DNA of 64,000 nt from Eledone cirrhosa. Taxonomy: Eukaryota. The position numbers were made by a program, and so were the translations under genes. The stretch lies in the NCBI GenBank assembly GCA_964016885.1, contig OZ024763.1, positions 3,596,001 through 3,660,000 on the forward strand, in the 5' to 3' direction. Shown here one piece after another: positions 21,746 through 36,948 of the stretch. The notes below the pieces were generated by a model. That model did not search any database. It had not been told where the DNA came from and saw only the letters and a program-made list of their open reading frames with translations. Positions within the stretch are counted from its first letter, which is position 1. Each line of letters begins with the position of its first letter.

Positions 21746-24700
21746 GTGTGGCTGAGTGGTTAGAGAATTGGATTCACAATCATGAGGTTGTAAGTTTGAT
21801 TCCTGGACCAGGCGATGCATTATGTCCTTGAGCAAGACACTTTATTTCATGTTGCTCCTTCTACCTGGAGTTGCGACCGATAGATAGTATTAGCAACTGG
21901 AAATACCGACAAAGACATTGTTTTCTCTGTCCAATTTGACGAAAGTCGATCGATCCTTTTTATATATATATATATATGTGTGTGTCGAACTAATGTGGTC
22001 TTATGTGGCACCAAACATTTAAAGAGTTGTTAATTAATCAATGTGGCTCAAACGACAAAAGAAATCTGGGTTCTTACCTGGGAATTAGCTGGGTCAAATA
22101 TACTTGAAGCAGGTTTACTCGTGGGATTACTTAGCGTGAAGTTAAACCCACCAGAAGATGGGTTGGGTGTAGGCGACCCAAACACAGCTTTAGCGCCGGT
22201 CGAAGATGCAGCTGATACCTGGCCCGGCTGAGATGATGTGTCCTTGAAAGCGCCAAACGTCGATGAAGGGTTGGAGAACATGTTAGCAGCTGGTGTTGCG
22301 GCCGCAGGCTTAGTCGTAGTGCCGAACGCGGTGCCCGCACCCGAAGTGGTCGTCGGAGAGCTGAAGATGTTTAGTGCAGTGGCTGGTGCAGCAAAGACAC
22401 CACTGGGTGCAGTGCTGATCACATTGGTGCCCCCAAAGATAGGCGAGGCTGCTGCAGCTGTTTGCGATATGTTGAAGATGGAGTTTGATGGAGCTGCTGT
22501 TGCCGTGGTAGTGATCCCTGCAGTCGCTGTGGTGGGGGCTGCGGTGTTGCTGGTGTTCGATGAACCGAAGATGGAGGACACGGTGGAAGCTGGAACTCCG
22601 AAGGCAGGCACTGGCATCGAGGTGGTGGGAGCACCAAAGATGCTGGATGTTGACGTACGAAAGCCAGATGATGTGGCAGTTGAGGAAGGGCTGCCAAAGA
22701 TAGGAGCAGGGGCAGAAGAGGAAGGGGAACCAAAGACTAGAGAAGTTTTAGCTGGAGAAGTACCAAAGACTGGGGTGGCAGTAGAAGCCCCAAAAACTGG
22801 GGCGGCAGTGGTCGAAGAAGTGGGAGCCCCAAAGACTGGGGTAGTGGAAGCCCCAAAAGCTGGGGTAGTGGTAGACGTAGAAGCCCCGAAAACTGGGCTC
22901 GCGGTAGAGGTGGAGGTCCCAAAGACTGGGGCACGAGTAGAGGTTGGGGCCCCAAAGACAAATGCAGAAGACCCAAAGGCAGCTGTTGTAGTAGCAGTGG
23001 TAGTAGCAGTAGCAGCATTAGGGGTCGCACTAAAAGAAAACTTCCCAGGTGCGCCATTTAGTGCCCCAAATGTGACAGGGGCCAGTGTAGCTGCAGTGCT
23101 GCTGGTCGGCTGAGAGAGACCAGTCGATGGAGCATTTACAAATGCGAACATCCCCGACGTAGCTGCCACCCCTGGGGTTGCCCCCGAAACGGGGTTGCTA
23201 CCCACGCCTGCTTTGAAAGATGGGAAACTGGCAGGCGATGTCGCAACAGATGCAGGGCTCATGGGAGCAGCTGAAGCAGTGGCGGGGTTGTTACCTGCAC
23301 CAAATGTGGGAGCCACGCTGGACGACGTAGGAAACGCAAAGTCCGTTTTCGGAGCGAGTGAAAAACCTGCGCTGGAAGGGGTCGAAGAGGAAACCGATGG
23401 AGCTTTGACCGCGTCGGCTGGTGCAGCTGGGAGAGGGGCTACGACTGTCGTCTGAACAGGGGACACGGTGGCCCCAGCCGTACCAAACGGAGAGCCAAAG
23501 TTAAAAGGTCCAGTGGTTGCAGCCGTAACACTTGGAGGGGAGGCGACAATGGTAAACTGGAGCCCTGAACTGCTCGACGTAGAGCTCTGTTGGGGTGACA
23601 TCACTGACACACCAGAGGGGACATTAGCCTGCGCTGGTGTTGTTGAAGGACTGGTCACCTTGGAGTCAAATGTTAAGTTGTTCTTTCCTTGAATCTGTGA
23701 AGTTGCTGAAGTTGATATTGATGATGGTGGTGGTGACACTGCTGTGGCCTCTGTTGGGGATAAAACACAGAGTTTTGTATAATTTATCTGGCATACATAC
23801 ATCTAGTGTCACACACACATCTAGTGTCAAACATACATACATCTAGTGTCACACACACATCTAGTGTCAAACATACATACATCTAGTGTCACACACACAT
23901 CTAGTGTCAAACATACATACATCTAATGTCACACACACATCTAGTGTCAAACATACATACATCTAATGTCACACACACATCTAGTGTCAAACATACATAC
24001 ATCTAATGTCACACACACATCTAGTGTCAAACATACATACATCTAATGTCACACACACATCTAGTGTCAAACATACATACATCTAATGTCACACACACAT
24101 CTAGTGTCAAACATACACATCTAGTGTCGCACACACATACATCTTGTGTCACACTCACACACAAGTGACTTACATATAGATTAACAAACAAACACAGTGA
24201 TAAATACACACATTTACAGTGACACACATACACATCAACAGCAAAAACCAAAGAATTTGGAGGGAATTTGTAATATAACTAACTCTCACATAACATTTAC
24301 ATTACTCTATATATACTATTGTATTGCCATAGTAAAAGCTTTATCTCACATAATATCAGATCTATGAGATTTTCATATTTATTTTGAGAACAATACCTTA
24401 ACATCAGTATGAGCAGCCAGTTACAGCCAGTTTGAACAGAAAGAGGTGAGAGAATCCCGGCCAGATATGGCCAGTTTAAATGCTAAAGGGTTCTTTCACA
24501 TTAGTACTATAACTAACTTTTACATTAGTACTATAACTAACTTTTACATTAGTACTATAACTAACTTTTACATTAGTACTATAACTAACTTTTACATTAG
24601 TACTATAATTAACTTTTACATTAGTACTATAACTAACTTTTACATTAGTACTATAACTAACTTTTACATTAGTATTATAACTAACTTTTACATTAGTACT

Positions 24701-27700
24701 ATAACTTTTACATTAGTACTATAACTAACTTTTACATTAGTACTATAACTAACTTTTACATTAGTACTATAACTAACTTTTACATTAGTACTAAAACTAA
24801 CTTTTACATTAGTACTATAACTAACTTTTACATTAGTACTATAACTAACTTTTACATTAGTACTATAACTAACTTTTACATTAGTACTATAACTAACTTT
24901 TACATTAGTACTATAACTTTTACATTAGTACTATAATTAACTTTTACATTAGTACTATAACTAACTTTTACATTAGTATTATAACTAACTTTTACATTAG
25001 TACTATAACTTTTACATTAGTACTATGACTAACTTTTACATTAGTACTATAACTAACTTTTACATTAGTACTATAACTTTTACATTAGTACTATAATTAA
25101 CTTTTACATTAGTACTATAATTAACTTTTACATTAGTACTATAACTAACTTTTACATTAGTATTATAACTAACTTTTACATTAGTACTATAACTTTTACA
25201 TTAGTACTATAATTAACTTTTACATTAGTACTATAATTAACTTTTACATTAGTACTATAACTAACTTTTACATTAGTATTATAACTAACTTTTACATTAG
25301 TACTATAACTTTTACATTAGTACTATAATTAACTTTTACATTAGTACTATAATTAACTTTTACATTAGTACTATAACTTTTACATTAGTACTATAATTAA
25401 CTTTTACATTAGTACTATAATTAACTTTTACATTAGTACTATGACTAACTTTTACATTAGTACTATAACTAACTTTTACATTAGTACTATAATTAACTTT
25501 TACATTAGTACTATAACTAACTTTTACATTAGTATTATAACTAACTTTTACATTAGTACTATAATTAACTTTTACATTAGTACTATAACTAACTTTTACA
25601 TTAGTACTATAATTAACTTTTACATTAGTACTATAATTAACTTTTACATTAGTACTATAACTAACTTTTACATTAGTACTATAACTAACAGCAATGACAT
25701 CTAAAGGTGAAATCCCAAAATTAAACTATAGCAAAACTAACCTGAAGATTTTGGATAAGCTGATGTTGATAATGATGGAAGGGGAGTTATCATGGAGTTG
25801 ACTGATGTTGTGTTGGATGTGAGACGGGCAGGCTGTTCTGTTGATGATGTTGACGATGGCGACAGTGTTGTAGTTGTAGAGGACAATGATGATGGTGTTA
25901 CAGACCAGGCTGCTGTGGTGGTGGTTGCTGATGATGGTGATGAGAGGAGGGATGATGTTAAGGGCACTGAAGAGGCCACAGTGGTGTGACTGACAACTGT
26001 AGAAGACTTGCTGACAGATGTTTCCAAAGACTTTGTGGTGGAAATTAAGTTTTTGGAGATTTCAATGCCTAAAACAAAAGAAAAACAATTTTTAAAAGCT
26101 AAAAATGATACTTGGTACCTTTGGTCAACTTTTAACCCTTTAGTTAATAACCTGGCCATTTCCCGTCTCTGATTCTATGAAATAAAATCCCCCACTTTAA
26201 AGGTTTTCAAATTAAATTTGAGAACTTTACATTATTATATTAGTAATGAAATAATTAATAATTAAGAATTTTGTAAACCTCTCAAAATTCTTCATTAATT
26301 AAAATAAAGTGCATTTTATTAAAGATGCAATCATAATAAGTTATCCTGTAATGATTGAGCAGAATATGTCTCAATACAGGCTTGTTAATTCAAATATTTA
26401 TAGTATCTCTACTAATTGACAGATCATTATGAAAGTTTGTAGTAAATGAAAGTAAAGACTTTAGTATTTAATGTGATGCAGTCAATTATGTTAAAAATTA
26501 TTTTGTATATGCCTTGTTGTTAATTCTTAACAGCCTGTAATAATTTAGTAGAAAATGTCTAAAAACAGGTTTTGTTAATTCAAATGTTTATAGTATCTTT
26601 ACTAGTGGAGAGATTGTTGTGAAATTTTAGTTTCTATAGTCAAGATTGTTGTGAAAATTTGCAATATTAGCGTAAAGACTTTAATATTTAATGTAATGCA
26701 GTCATAGTGTCGTTTTGTACTTTTAAAGAATGTGGTTTCATGTGGTTTGTTGTTCATTCAAATGTTTATAGTAAAAGTCACAGGAAGAGAGAGAGAAACA
26801 AAGGAAAGAGACAGAGGGGGAAGGTAGACAGATACAACAGAGAGGGACAGACAGAAAGAGTGACTGAGAGAGAAAGAGAAATAGAGAAATAAAGTAAAGA
26901 AAAGTAAAAAAAAAAAAAAAATCCCCAATAAAAAGTCGCTCACCTGTTTTTGCAGTGATGTCTTTATCGGCAGCGGAAGTTTTATCATTAGCAATACTGT
27001 CTAACATCTTCTCCACTCTCTCTTGTTCTGACTTGCGGTCATTCTCATAATCTTGCTTGGTTGCATAAACATTGGCATAGGAGAGCTAGCAAATATATTT
27101 TAAAATAAGTGTATATATAAATATTTGTTTCTACTTTTGGCACAAGGCCATCAATTATCCCAGTGCATTACTGGTACTTTATTTTATCGACCTCGTAAGG
27201 ATGAAAGGCAAAGTCAACCTCGGCGGGATTTGAACTCAGATCGTAAAGGGACGATATATAGTGTATATATAAATATTATATTATATTATACATTATATAT
27301 ATATATATTGGACGTAAAATGAGAAAAAATTATGTAGACACACATATACATATAATTCAAAATTCAATAAAACCAAGGATTTGTACTTTATTTTATCGAC
27401 CATGTAAGGATGAAAGGTGAAGCTAATCTCAGCAGGATTTGAACTCAGAAAATAAAGGGCCGTAACTCTATTGTAACAAATATATTGAAAGTGAAAAGTG
27501 AAATGGGAAAAAACAATGACAGGAGGGCAATAAAATGAAACAGAATTGTCTGGAAAATGAAAGTGAAGTATTTTCAAAAAACTATTTACGTAGTGAATAG
27601 TTTTTTGAAAATATTTCACTTTCATTTTACGTAGTGAAAAAAAAAAATCTGTATATGGAAGACGAAAAAAACAGTACAACCTAAAGTGTAATCAACTCAA

Positions 27701-30700
27701 AATTTACCCTCGGATCTCAAATAATAGACACCCCAACCCTTGCTTATTAAATTCTTTGCTAATCTATCTCCGGTTAAATTTTATTTTAATTTTCTTTAGA
27801 TATTAAAAAAAACATTATACATGATAACAAAAAAAGTACATTACTAGAAATCCCATGTTATAAAATAAATAGGTTGAGTTGGGGGTCTCAATATGTAAAC
27901 TAAACAACCAATTCTGGTTCGTTTTTTTTATAAACCAATAGAGATAACCTAGAAAAATTACCAATTTTCCAAACCAACCCACTATTAGTTGGGACCCTGA
28001 AAATACCGTAATATATATATATATATATATAAATATTCTAAATTTGTTTAATTAGCATATATTGTTTTAATGACGGATGCCCCAATGAAAAACAACCTGA
28101 AATAAAAGTATCTTGCTACAGACCACTACGCCACGCTAGGCCACCAGGGTCCAGAAATCGAAACCACGTTTTTATAAATCGCCATCCCAAAACACCCTAA
28201 CCACTGAACTAATTTTACCCTGAACACAACACCCACTTCCACCACCATGTGTGTCTCAACACCTTAACAACTAAGTTAACTTACCTTACATCCGTTAAGG
28301 TCCCTGTCAGCTGGGTGACACCTCGAAAGAACTTCGGTGTCGTCTTCTATCGCCTGGATTTTTCCGTCGACCAACAAGGAGGTGTTTGCGATCTTCAGAA
28401 CGGTTCTCAAGTCGGGGTCCTCTTTCCCAACCATCATTATTTTTATCTGGGTCTCCGTGTGGTTTATTCTCATTACTAAGGAGTCCCTTAAAACCTCCTC
28501 TAGACGCTCTCCGAATCGACAGTGTTTCGACAGGAGACGCAACTCCTCTAGGAATGCAGAGGCACTCTGGTCCTCCTCTCGACAGTGCTTGTAGAAGTGG
28601 TATCTCGACATGATCACATTGTCAGGGACCTCCTTGAAAGGGTCCATCAGGAGTTCGTAAACCTCGTAAAATGCCAGAGGCGGACGTTTTTTGCTTGTTT
28701 TTGTTGACCTAGGCGACTTTATCTGACCAACACCCGCATTGGTTAACCCGGTTTGATCGAGTTTCATATGGCCCCCTGGCTCACCCATGTTACCCAACGA
28801 AATACACTAAACAGAGTTTAGTAAAGGTTTGTTTATTTTCGCGTTTAGATTTCAGTCCTCAGAAAAGACAACCACTAACGGGCCACAGCGTAGCGCACGT
28901 CAGCCGGAAATACTTTCGTTTTAAAACAACTTCCGACTAAACACGTAAATTCAAGGGAAATAATCTCAGCCAACACTTAATTGCTTTCAAGGGAAGTAAC
29001 GCAATAAGAACTTAATTTTATCACAAGCCCAATAACCACCACCACTACCGGTGTCATTTTCAAGAAAACCCTTCAACTTTGTGGTTGGTCTCCTAACTCG
29101 TCTATATATATCGAATTTCCATAAAACTATATATATATAAATGGAAAAGAATGAAACGAAATTTCATTTCTCACTCTTAGTACGGCTGATACTTATCATC
29201 ATCATCATCCTTTTACGTCCGCTTTTCCCTGCTTGCAAGGGTGGGACGGGAACTGATTCTGGTTTGATTTCTACAGCTGGATGCCCTTCCTAACACCAAC
29301 CTCATTTTACAGTGAGTGCTGGCTGCTTTTTTGCCGTGGCGCCTACACGTCCACTTTACAGTGTGGGCTGGGTGCTTTTTTTTCCGTGGCGCCTACATGT
29401 CCACTTTACAGTGTGGGCTGGGTGCTTTTTTTTGCCATGGCACCTCCACAACCACTTTGCAGTGGAATGATAGGGACCCCAGTCCCTATCATCTCATTTC
29501 TACAGCTGAGTAAACTGGAGCAATGTGAAATAAAGTGTCTTGCTCAAGGAAACAACACATCACCCAGTCTGAGAATTGAACTCGCAACCTTTTGATTGCA
29601 AGCCCAATGCTCTAACCACTAAGCCATATGCCTCCATTATATATATATATATCTATCTTTTAATATCTAAAGAAAATTATCACAGGAATGCTACCACTTC
29701 CTCTTCTTCGCCCACTTATTCCTGAGAGGGTCGTCAGGGGGCAGAGTCCTCAAACACTTTCAGTAGCAACCATCTCCAACTGATTCGGCTGGATCCTCAA
29801 GTGAGACCAGCCAAGCTCATGGATGTTATCCAACCATCTTGCTCGGGGTCTGCCCCTGGGTCTCTTGCCAGTTGGTTTTGCTCGTAAAATATGTCCAGCA
29901 ATTCCTGAGACATTCTAACCATAGGCCCATAGTATCAGAGCAGTGATCTTTCAAATTAGAGAAGTAGTGGCTCTACCTGGAGTGACTCTCTGATCTTCAA
30001 GCTACACACTCTATTGAGTAACGTGACTCCAAAGACCATTCAGAGGAACCCCATTTCAGCCTCTTGTATTCGTGACCAGATTCTTTTGGTCATTAACCAA
30101 GACTCCAGATCAGATCATAGGTAAGGGTTGGCACAAATACCAAATTGAAGATAGCGAGTTTGGCTTTTACACCTACCTCCCTTCTTCTGATTACTGAATC
30201 CTGAAGCTGGTACATTATTGCACCAGCTTTTACAATTCTTACATTTAATTCAGCCTCTTGCTTTCCATCACTCATGAACACGGCCCCGAGATACTTGAAC
30301 TTCTCTACCAGCTACAGTGGAACTCCATTTACTTGTTGAGAATTCTTGGTCTGGGGCAGAGAGAACGCTTTCATTACCATATTTCTAATGAAAGACACTG
30401 TCTATGTCATTAACCCTTTTATTACCATATTTCTAATGAAAGACACTGACTATGTCATTAACCCTTTTATTACCATATTTCTAATGAAAGACACTGTCTA
30501 TGTCATTAACCCTTTTATTACCATATTTCTAATGAAAGACACTGTCTATGTCATTAACCCTTTTATTACCATATTTCTAATGAAAGACACTGTCTATGTC
30601 ATTAACCCTTTCACTACCATATTTCTAATGAAAGACACTGCCTATGTCATTAACCCTTTCATTACCATATTTCTAATGAAAGACACTGCCAGTACTAACT

Positions 30701-33700
30701 GTTAGCTGTGTGGCCTGGAGCAATGTGAAATGAAGTGCTTTGCTCGAAGTACAAGTCAGCACAACCACAAGTCCAGGAATCAAACCCACAACATTATGAC
30801 TGCGAGACCAGCACACTAACTACTAGTTCACAGACAGACTATACAAAAATATACTTACTTTCTCCATGTTAACACCTGGAGTGGTGAAACTTAAAAGCTT
30901 TCTCCGAGGAAGCTCTGCTGCATTCTTTTTAATTTCCACAGAGCTGGAGCTGTTTACTGACTGGAAGGAGAAATTCACAAGGTCAGAATATATATATATA
31001 TAGGAAAATGTTCAAGACCCCGATGGCAGAGCTCAAGCCGTTTCGACGGCTATTTCTGGACGAAATTAGATTTTTGGGGAATAAATAGTCCACGCTAAAA
31101 ATCTAATTTAGTCCAGAATTAGCCGTCGAAACGGCTTGAACTCTGCCGTCGGGGTCTTGAACATTTTCCTATTACCCACTCTACTACCCTAAGTATTGAG
31201 TACTCTGGTTAGTTATGGTCCACCTGGTTCCTTACCACACTTCCTTCATTATATATATGTTGTGTTAGGTAATTCCGAAGGAAAATAGAGTGCTCTATGT
31301 ATAGAACAGAGCTATTTAATTAAATATATATATATATAAAATATACATACATATATATACACACACACACAAATATCTATATACACATACCCATATATAC
31401 ATACACATATATATACACTTATACATACACACATATATATACACACATACCCATATATATGTATATAAATACACACACATTCCATAAAATTAACAGTAGT
31501 ACTAGTAGTAGTATTCAGATACCTAAAGTATCAGTAATAAACAGAATTTCTGTGTTACCTGTGGTGTATGTTCTGGCTGTTTCTCTGATGTCATCCCTGA
31601 GTAGCTGCCTTCATTCACTGAGACGTCCAGACTAGGCTTCATAACTTTGCTACATTAGCAACAGGACAAAAATAGAAAAAAAAAAAGGATAAAAATTATA
31701 GTTAACGTCTAAGCAGGTTTAACCCTTTAGCATTTAAACTGGCCATATCTGGCCAGAATTCTCTCATTTCTTTCTGTTAAAAACCGGCTGCAAATGGCCG
31801 CTCATACTGATGTTAAGATATTGTTCTCGAAATAAATAATATCAAAATCTCATAGATTCGATATTATGTGAGATAAAGCCTTTGCCGTGAAAATACAATA
31901 GTATATATAGAGTAATGTAAATGTTATGTGAGGTAAAGCCTTTACTGTAAAAATACAATAGTATATATAGAGTAATGTAAATGTTATGTGAGATATTATG
32001 TGAGGTAAAGCCTTTACTGTGAAAATACAATAGTATATATAGAGTAATGTAAATGTTATGTGAGGTAAAGCCTTTACTGTAAAAATACAATAGTATATAT
32101 AGAGTAATGTAAATGTTATGTGAGATATTATGTGAGGTAAAGCCTTTACTGTGAAAATACAATAGTATATATAGAGTAATGTAAATGTTATGTGAGATAT
32201 TATGTGAGGTAAAGCCTTTACTGTGAAAATACAATAGTATATATAGAGTATTGTAAATGTTATGTGAGATATTATGTGAGGTAAAGCCTTTACTGTGAAA
32301 ATACAATAGTATATATAGAGTAATGTAAATGTTATGTGAGATATTATGTGAGGTAAAGCCTTTACTGTGAAAATACAATAGTATATATAGAGTAATGTAA
32401 ATGTTATGTGAGATATTATGTGAGGTAAAGCCTTTACTGTGAAAATACAATAGTATATATAGAGTATTGTAAATGTTATGTGAGATATTATGTGAGGTAA
32501 AGCCTTTACTGTGAAAATACAATAGTATATATAGAGTATTGTAAATGTTATGTGAGATATTGTGTGAGGTAAAGCCTTTACTGTGAAAATACAATAGTAT
32601 ATATAGAGTATTGTAAATGTTATGTGAGATATTATGTGAGGTAAAGCCTTTACTGTGAAAATACAATAGTATATATAGAGTATTGTAAATGTTATGTGAG
32701 ATATTATGTGAGGTAAAGCCTTTACTGTGAAAATACAATAGTATATATAGAGTAATGTAAATGTTAAAGGGTTAATTAACCTCTGAGGTTGCATTTCATA
32801 AGAGGTTTCTCTGGTATTTTATTAATAATGGGCTAGCCCCCCTCTCCAATCAAACACACATGTATGTTGTAACAGATCACATCTATGTAGGTTTAATTAA
32901 CCTTCTTCGAGGTTGCATATCAGAGGTTTTAGGGGAATTCTAATGATAGAGGGACAAGCCCCATGTCCCACCATTAATACACATGTATGTTGTTGTTACA
33001 GCTCACACGTAAATAGTACTGGGTGTGTTTATGGTATAAATCACCAACACTAGGGAGGTTGTCATGCCCTTCACACAACTGGAGGGTCCTCCCAGCCCTA
33101 TATCTAGCAAGCCTTCTACAACTGAAAGCCCTTCCTATCACCAACCACTTTACAATAAATAAAATAGACTTACCCAAGAGATTTCTCTGTTTCTAGGTCT
33201 GAGGAAATATTCTCATAGTTCTCCTTTGATTGTCTTGAATGTTGGAAGGAGCCACCACTGGCCAAGTCAGATAGTTTACGCTTTCCAATTGCTGTCTGGA
33301 AATACAAAGAATTATTTTCCTTCACAGCGAAGAAAAATTGGGGAAGAGTTTTTATACCTAAAGACAATAGCATACTATATGTGTATATATTTAAAAAAAA
33401 GGAAAAGAATGACTTCACTGGTAGTTCTAAACAATTTAATTTAATCTTATAATATAATTTTACAATTTGGTTTTGTAGATCTAGTAAGTTCTTTAACTTC
33501 AGTGGGGAGATTTCTGGTTACCTTTCCTCGCATTTGTTGGTGGCAATAAGAAAGTTCTCCAGGAATCTTTAAAAATCTCCCCACCGAAGTTAACAAAGAA
33601 CTAACTAGATCTGCAAAATCAAATTGTAAAATTATATTATAAAATAAAATTAAATTGTTTAGAACTACAAATGAAGTCATTCTTTTCCTTTTTTTAAATA

Positions 33701-33735
33701 TACCTAACTGTACCAAGGATTTCACACATTTACCA

Positions 33736-33770
<35 letters not shown>

Positions 33771-36700
33771 TAGACACAAGATGTTCCAAAAAAACGTACA
33801 TACACTTTTTCAATGGTGATAAAGACAATGTTTATATACAATATTAAAGTTTTTATTATTCAAGACCAAGAAGACAGCCCTAGAATTTTTTTAGTTATCG
33901 GAGTTGTTCAAAATAATGACCATGGAATTGATAACTTCTCGAATCATTTCATTTGGGTGTAAGTCCTTTCAATCACATTTCGTCAGGTACCACTCACAAA
34001 ATTCAACTGTTTTGTCCATAACATCTTTATTAAAGGTATGGACTAGTGCTGGAATGTATATATAAACATGATTTTATTATCATTCAAACTGTGTATACAA
34101 TTTTGGGGGACACCCTGTGTATGTATATATGTCTATATATATATATCTATCTAGGGCGGGTAAAATTCCCAAGATCCATGGACGAGTTCTCTCCAGCGGT
34201 CTTTGCCATGTCCTGCGTCTCCAAGAGACAAGTGTCCTTAGGGCATCAACATATGTTAACCTCGATCTTCCTCTTCCAGTGTGTCCATGCAGGAGCTCCC
34301 ACAGGAGCACTGAGTGCAGTGTCAACTCTGGATGTCGGTGAGCATGTCCAGCTAACCTCAGTCTCCTCTGTGTCACTTTCGAGCTGACTTTTGGGAGGCT
34401 CCCGTACAGCTCTGAGTTCTTCATCTTCGTTGCTGTAGTGGAGTCTGTGCTACTGTACGGGTCTGAGACATGGACACTGACCAAGAAGCTCACTCAGATG
34501 GTGGATGGGTGCTACACGAGAATGCTGAAGATGGTTCTGAACATTAACCAGTATATATGTATATTACATATATATATTACATTGAAAATAAGACCAGACT
34601 TATTTGGTCTTATTTCCAATGTAATATTTGCTCTATGAGCCTACTTCAACATTTGAAACAAGGAGGCCATACAAGTAAATCTTGTATGAAGCCTTCTGAG
34701 TAGTTTACTGTAATAAATCTAATATTTTGAGCTGTAATACCTTCTTCACATACCTTTATCAGTTTTCGTATTTGAAAACGATTTATTCTAAATTTTTATA
34801 TATAATATATGAGAATAAAGAATAGGTTTTACACATGTACCAGCTGTATTTTAGGTCAATGCTATGATAGAATGAAGCAGAGCCAGTAGAGAGAGAGCAT
34901 GACGAAATATAGGTGAGAGAGTGCGACAGCAAGTGTGTGAGAGTGTAGAGAGAAAGCTTGATGAGACAAGACAAAATGAAATATTTAACTAACCTGCCGC
35001 TTCATGTACCTGTGACTTGAACTCAGTGAACTTAGAATAGGGTTATTTTTACACCTGTAACGAGATCGCTTCAGATTCGGTGATCCTTCCGAATGTGGAG
35101 AGTGAGCACAGTGGGTGGCCGGACGTTTGGTACTAACGCCACCAATACTACTGCCAACACCGACACCACTACCACTGCCACCAACATCGTCAATAGACAT
35201 GGCAGCTGAAACAGCTGGTGACGACATGTAGCGGGAGGGGTCGGGAGACATGTAGGTCGGAGAGAAGTTGCACAGGGCAAGGTCGGGAAGGAAGTCGGAC
35301 AGCGATGGGATGGACGAGGAAGACGAGGCTGTTGAATGGTTACTTTCTTGACGCCTGAAACAGAGTAAGAGACAGATAGGGAGAGAGATAAATAGACAGA
35401 TAGATAGACAAACGAGTCGATAGATAGATAGACAAACAGATCAATATAGAAAGATAAACCCTCTTCCTGCTATTTCAAGCAATAACCTAATATATTCCTT
35501 CCATATACCGTACCGATTGTGTTATTTCTGTTTACTTTTTACAGAGAGAGAGGGAGACAGATTGACCAACAGTACAAGATAAATAGACAGATAGAGAAAG
35601 ATACACTTAGAAAAATAGAGAGAGAGAGATGTACATAGATAACTTTAGTATAGTAAATCCCTCTACGAAACAAAAGAGCTTTTCAAACAATTCCTAAATA
35701 AATAAAAATCTTCCAACAATATTTTATATAAGAGCTGTCTGTTAATTTACTTTCTCAATCAGGAATAATTTTAGTAAATCCCAGATCAACCAGATCCGGT
35801 TCTCTGATATAAAACAAACTATTTTAACGGGTTCCTATTTAAATTAATAATTTTGTAATGGCCAAAAGAATAAAGAATACGATTGTGAATACAAGCAGCC
35901 AAAATAGGATTCCTCCAAAGCGCCTTTGGAGTAATGTTACTTGAGAAAGTGCATAGCTCGGAGATCAGAGAGTCACTCCAGGTAGAGCTGCTACTTCTCA
36001 GAATTGAGAGATCACAGTTTCAATATTAACCCTTTAGCATTTACATTACTCTATATATTCTATTGTATTTTCATGGTAAACACTTTATCTCACATAGTTA
36101 TTTCACATAATATCGAATCCTTGAGAGATCACAGTTCCAATATTAAGGATATGTGGTTAGAATGTCTCAGGAAAGAACCACTGGACAGATTGTATGAGCA
36201 AGAGACCCAGGCGTAGACTCCGAGCAAGATGGTTGGATAATATCCATGATCCTTGCTTGTCCCGCTTGGAGATCCAGCCGGATCAGTCGGTAATGGTTGC
36301 TTCTGAAAAGAAGCTAAACTGGGGGGGACTCTGCTCACTGGCAGGAGACCCAGGGGTAGACACTCCAAGCAAGATGGTTGGACAACATCCACGAGTTTGA
36401 CTGGTCTTGCTTGGATTCAACCAGATCAGTCGGAGACAGTTGCTTCTGACAGGACCTGTTGGAAGGAGTGTTTGAGGATTCTGCTCCCCCCCCCCCCCCA
36501 TGACCTCCCCAGGAATAAGTGAGGGAAGAATAATTTCTTACCGTCTTTTAGCATTGACATTGTTAATCATAATCACCGAATCTTCTTCATTGTTGGCTCG
36601 TTTACGGCTGCAATCGAAGAAATCAATCAACTATAAATATCCTGTACCACACGAAACCGCATTAGCAAGACACTTTCCAAAACATCAAAACATCACTACG

Positions 36701-36889
36701 ACTGTATCACAGTAAAAACCAAAGTCTTTACTCTAATACTGTAAATTTCAACAAAGATCTCTCCACCAGTCTTTACTATAATACTCTTACGGTTCTGCAT
36801 TTCTAGACTTCAATTTATATTGAATAACAACCATCATGTATATGCATATATATATATATATATACACACACACATATATACATATAAAC

Positions 36890-36948
<59 letters not shown>

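Noticed and set aside
22238-23113. 291-aa plus-strand ORF with GAPKT repeats (and 19351-19881)
   Set aside because: Antisense shadow of the POM121 FG exons
22048-23802. Calling the FG gene NUP153/NUP98/NUP214
   Set aside because: No RanBP2 zinc fingers, GLFG/GLEBS or beta-propeller; the upstream exons carry a TM anchor and POM121 motifs
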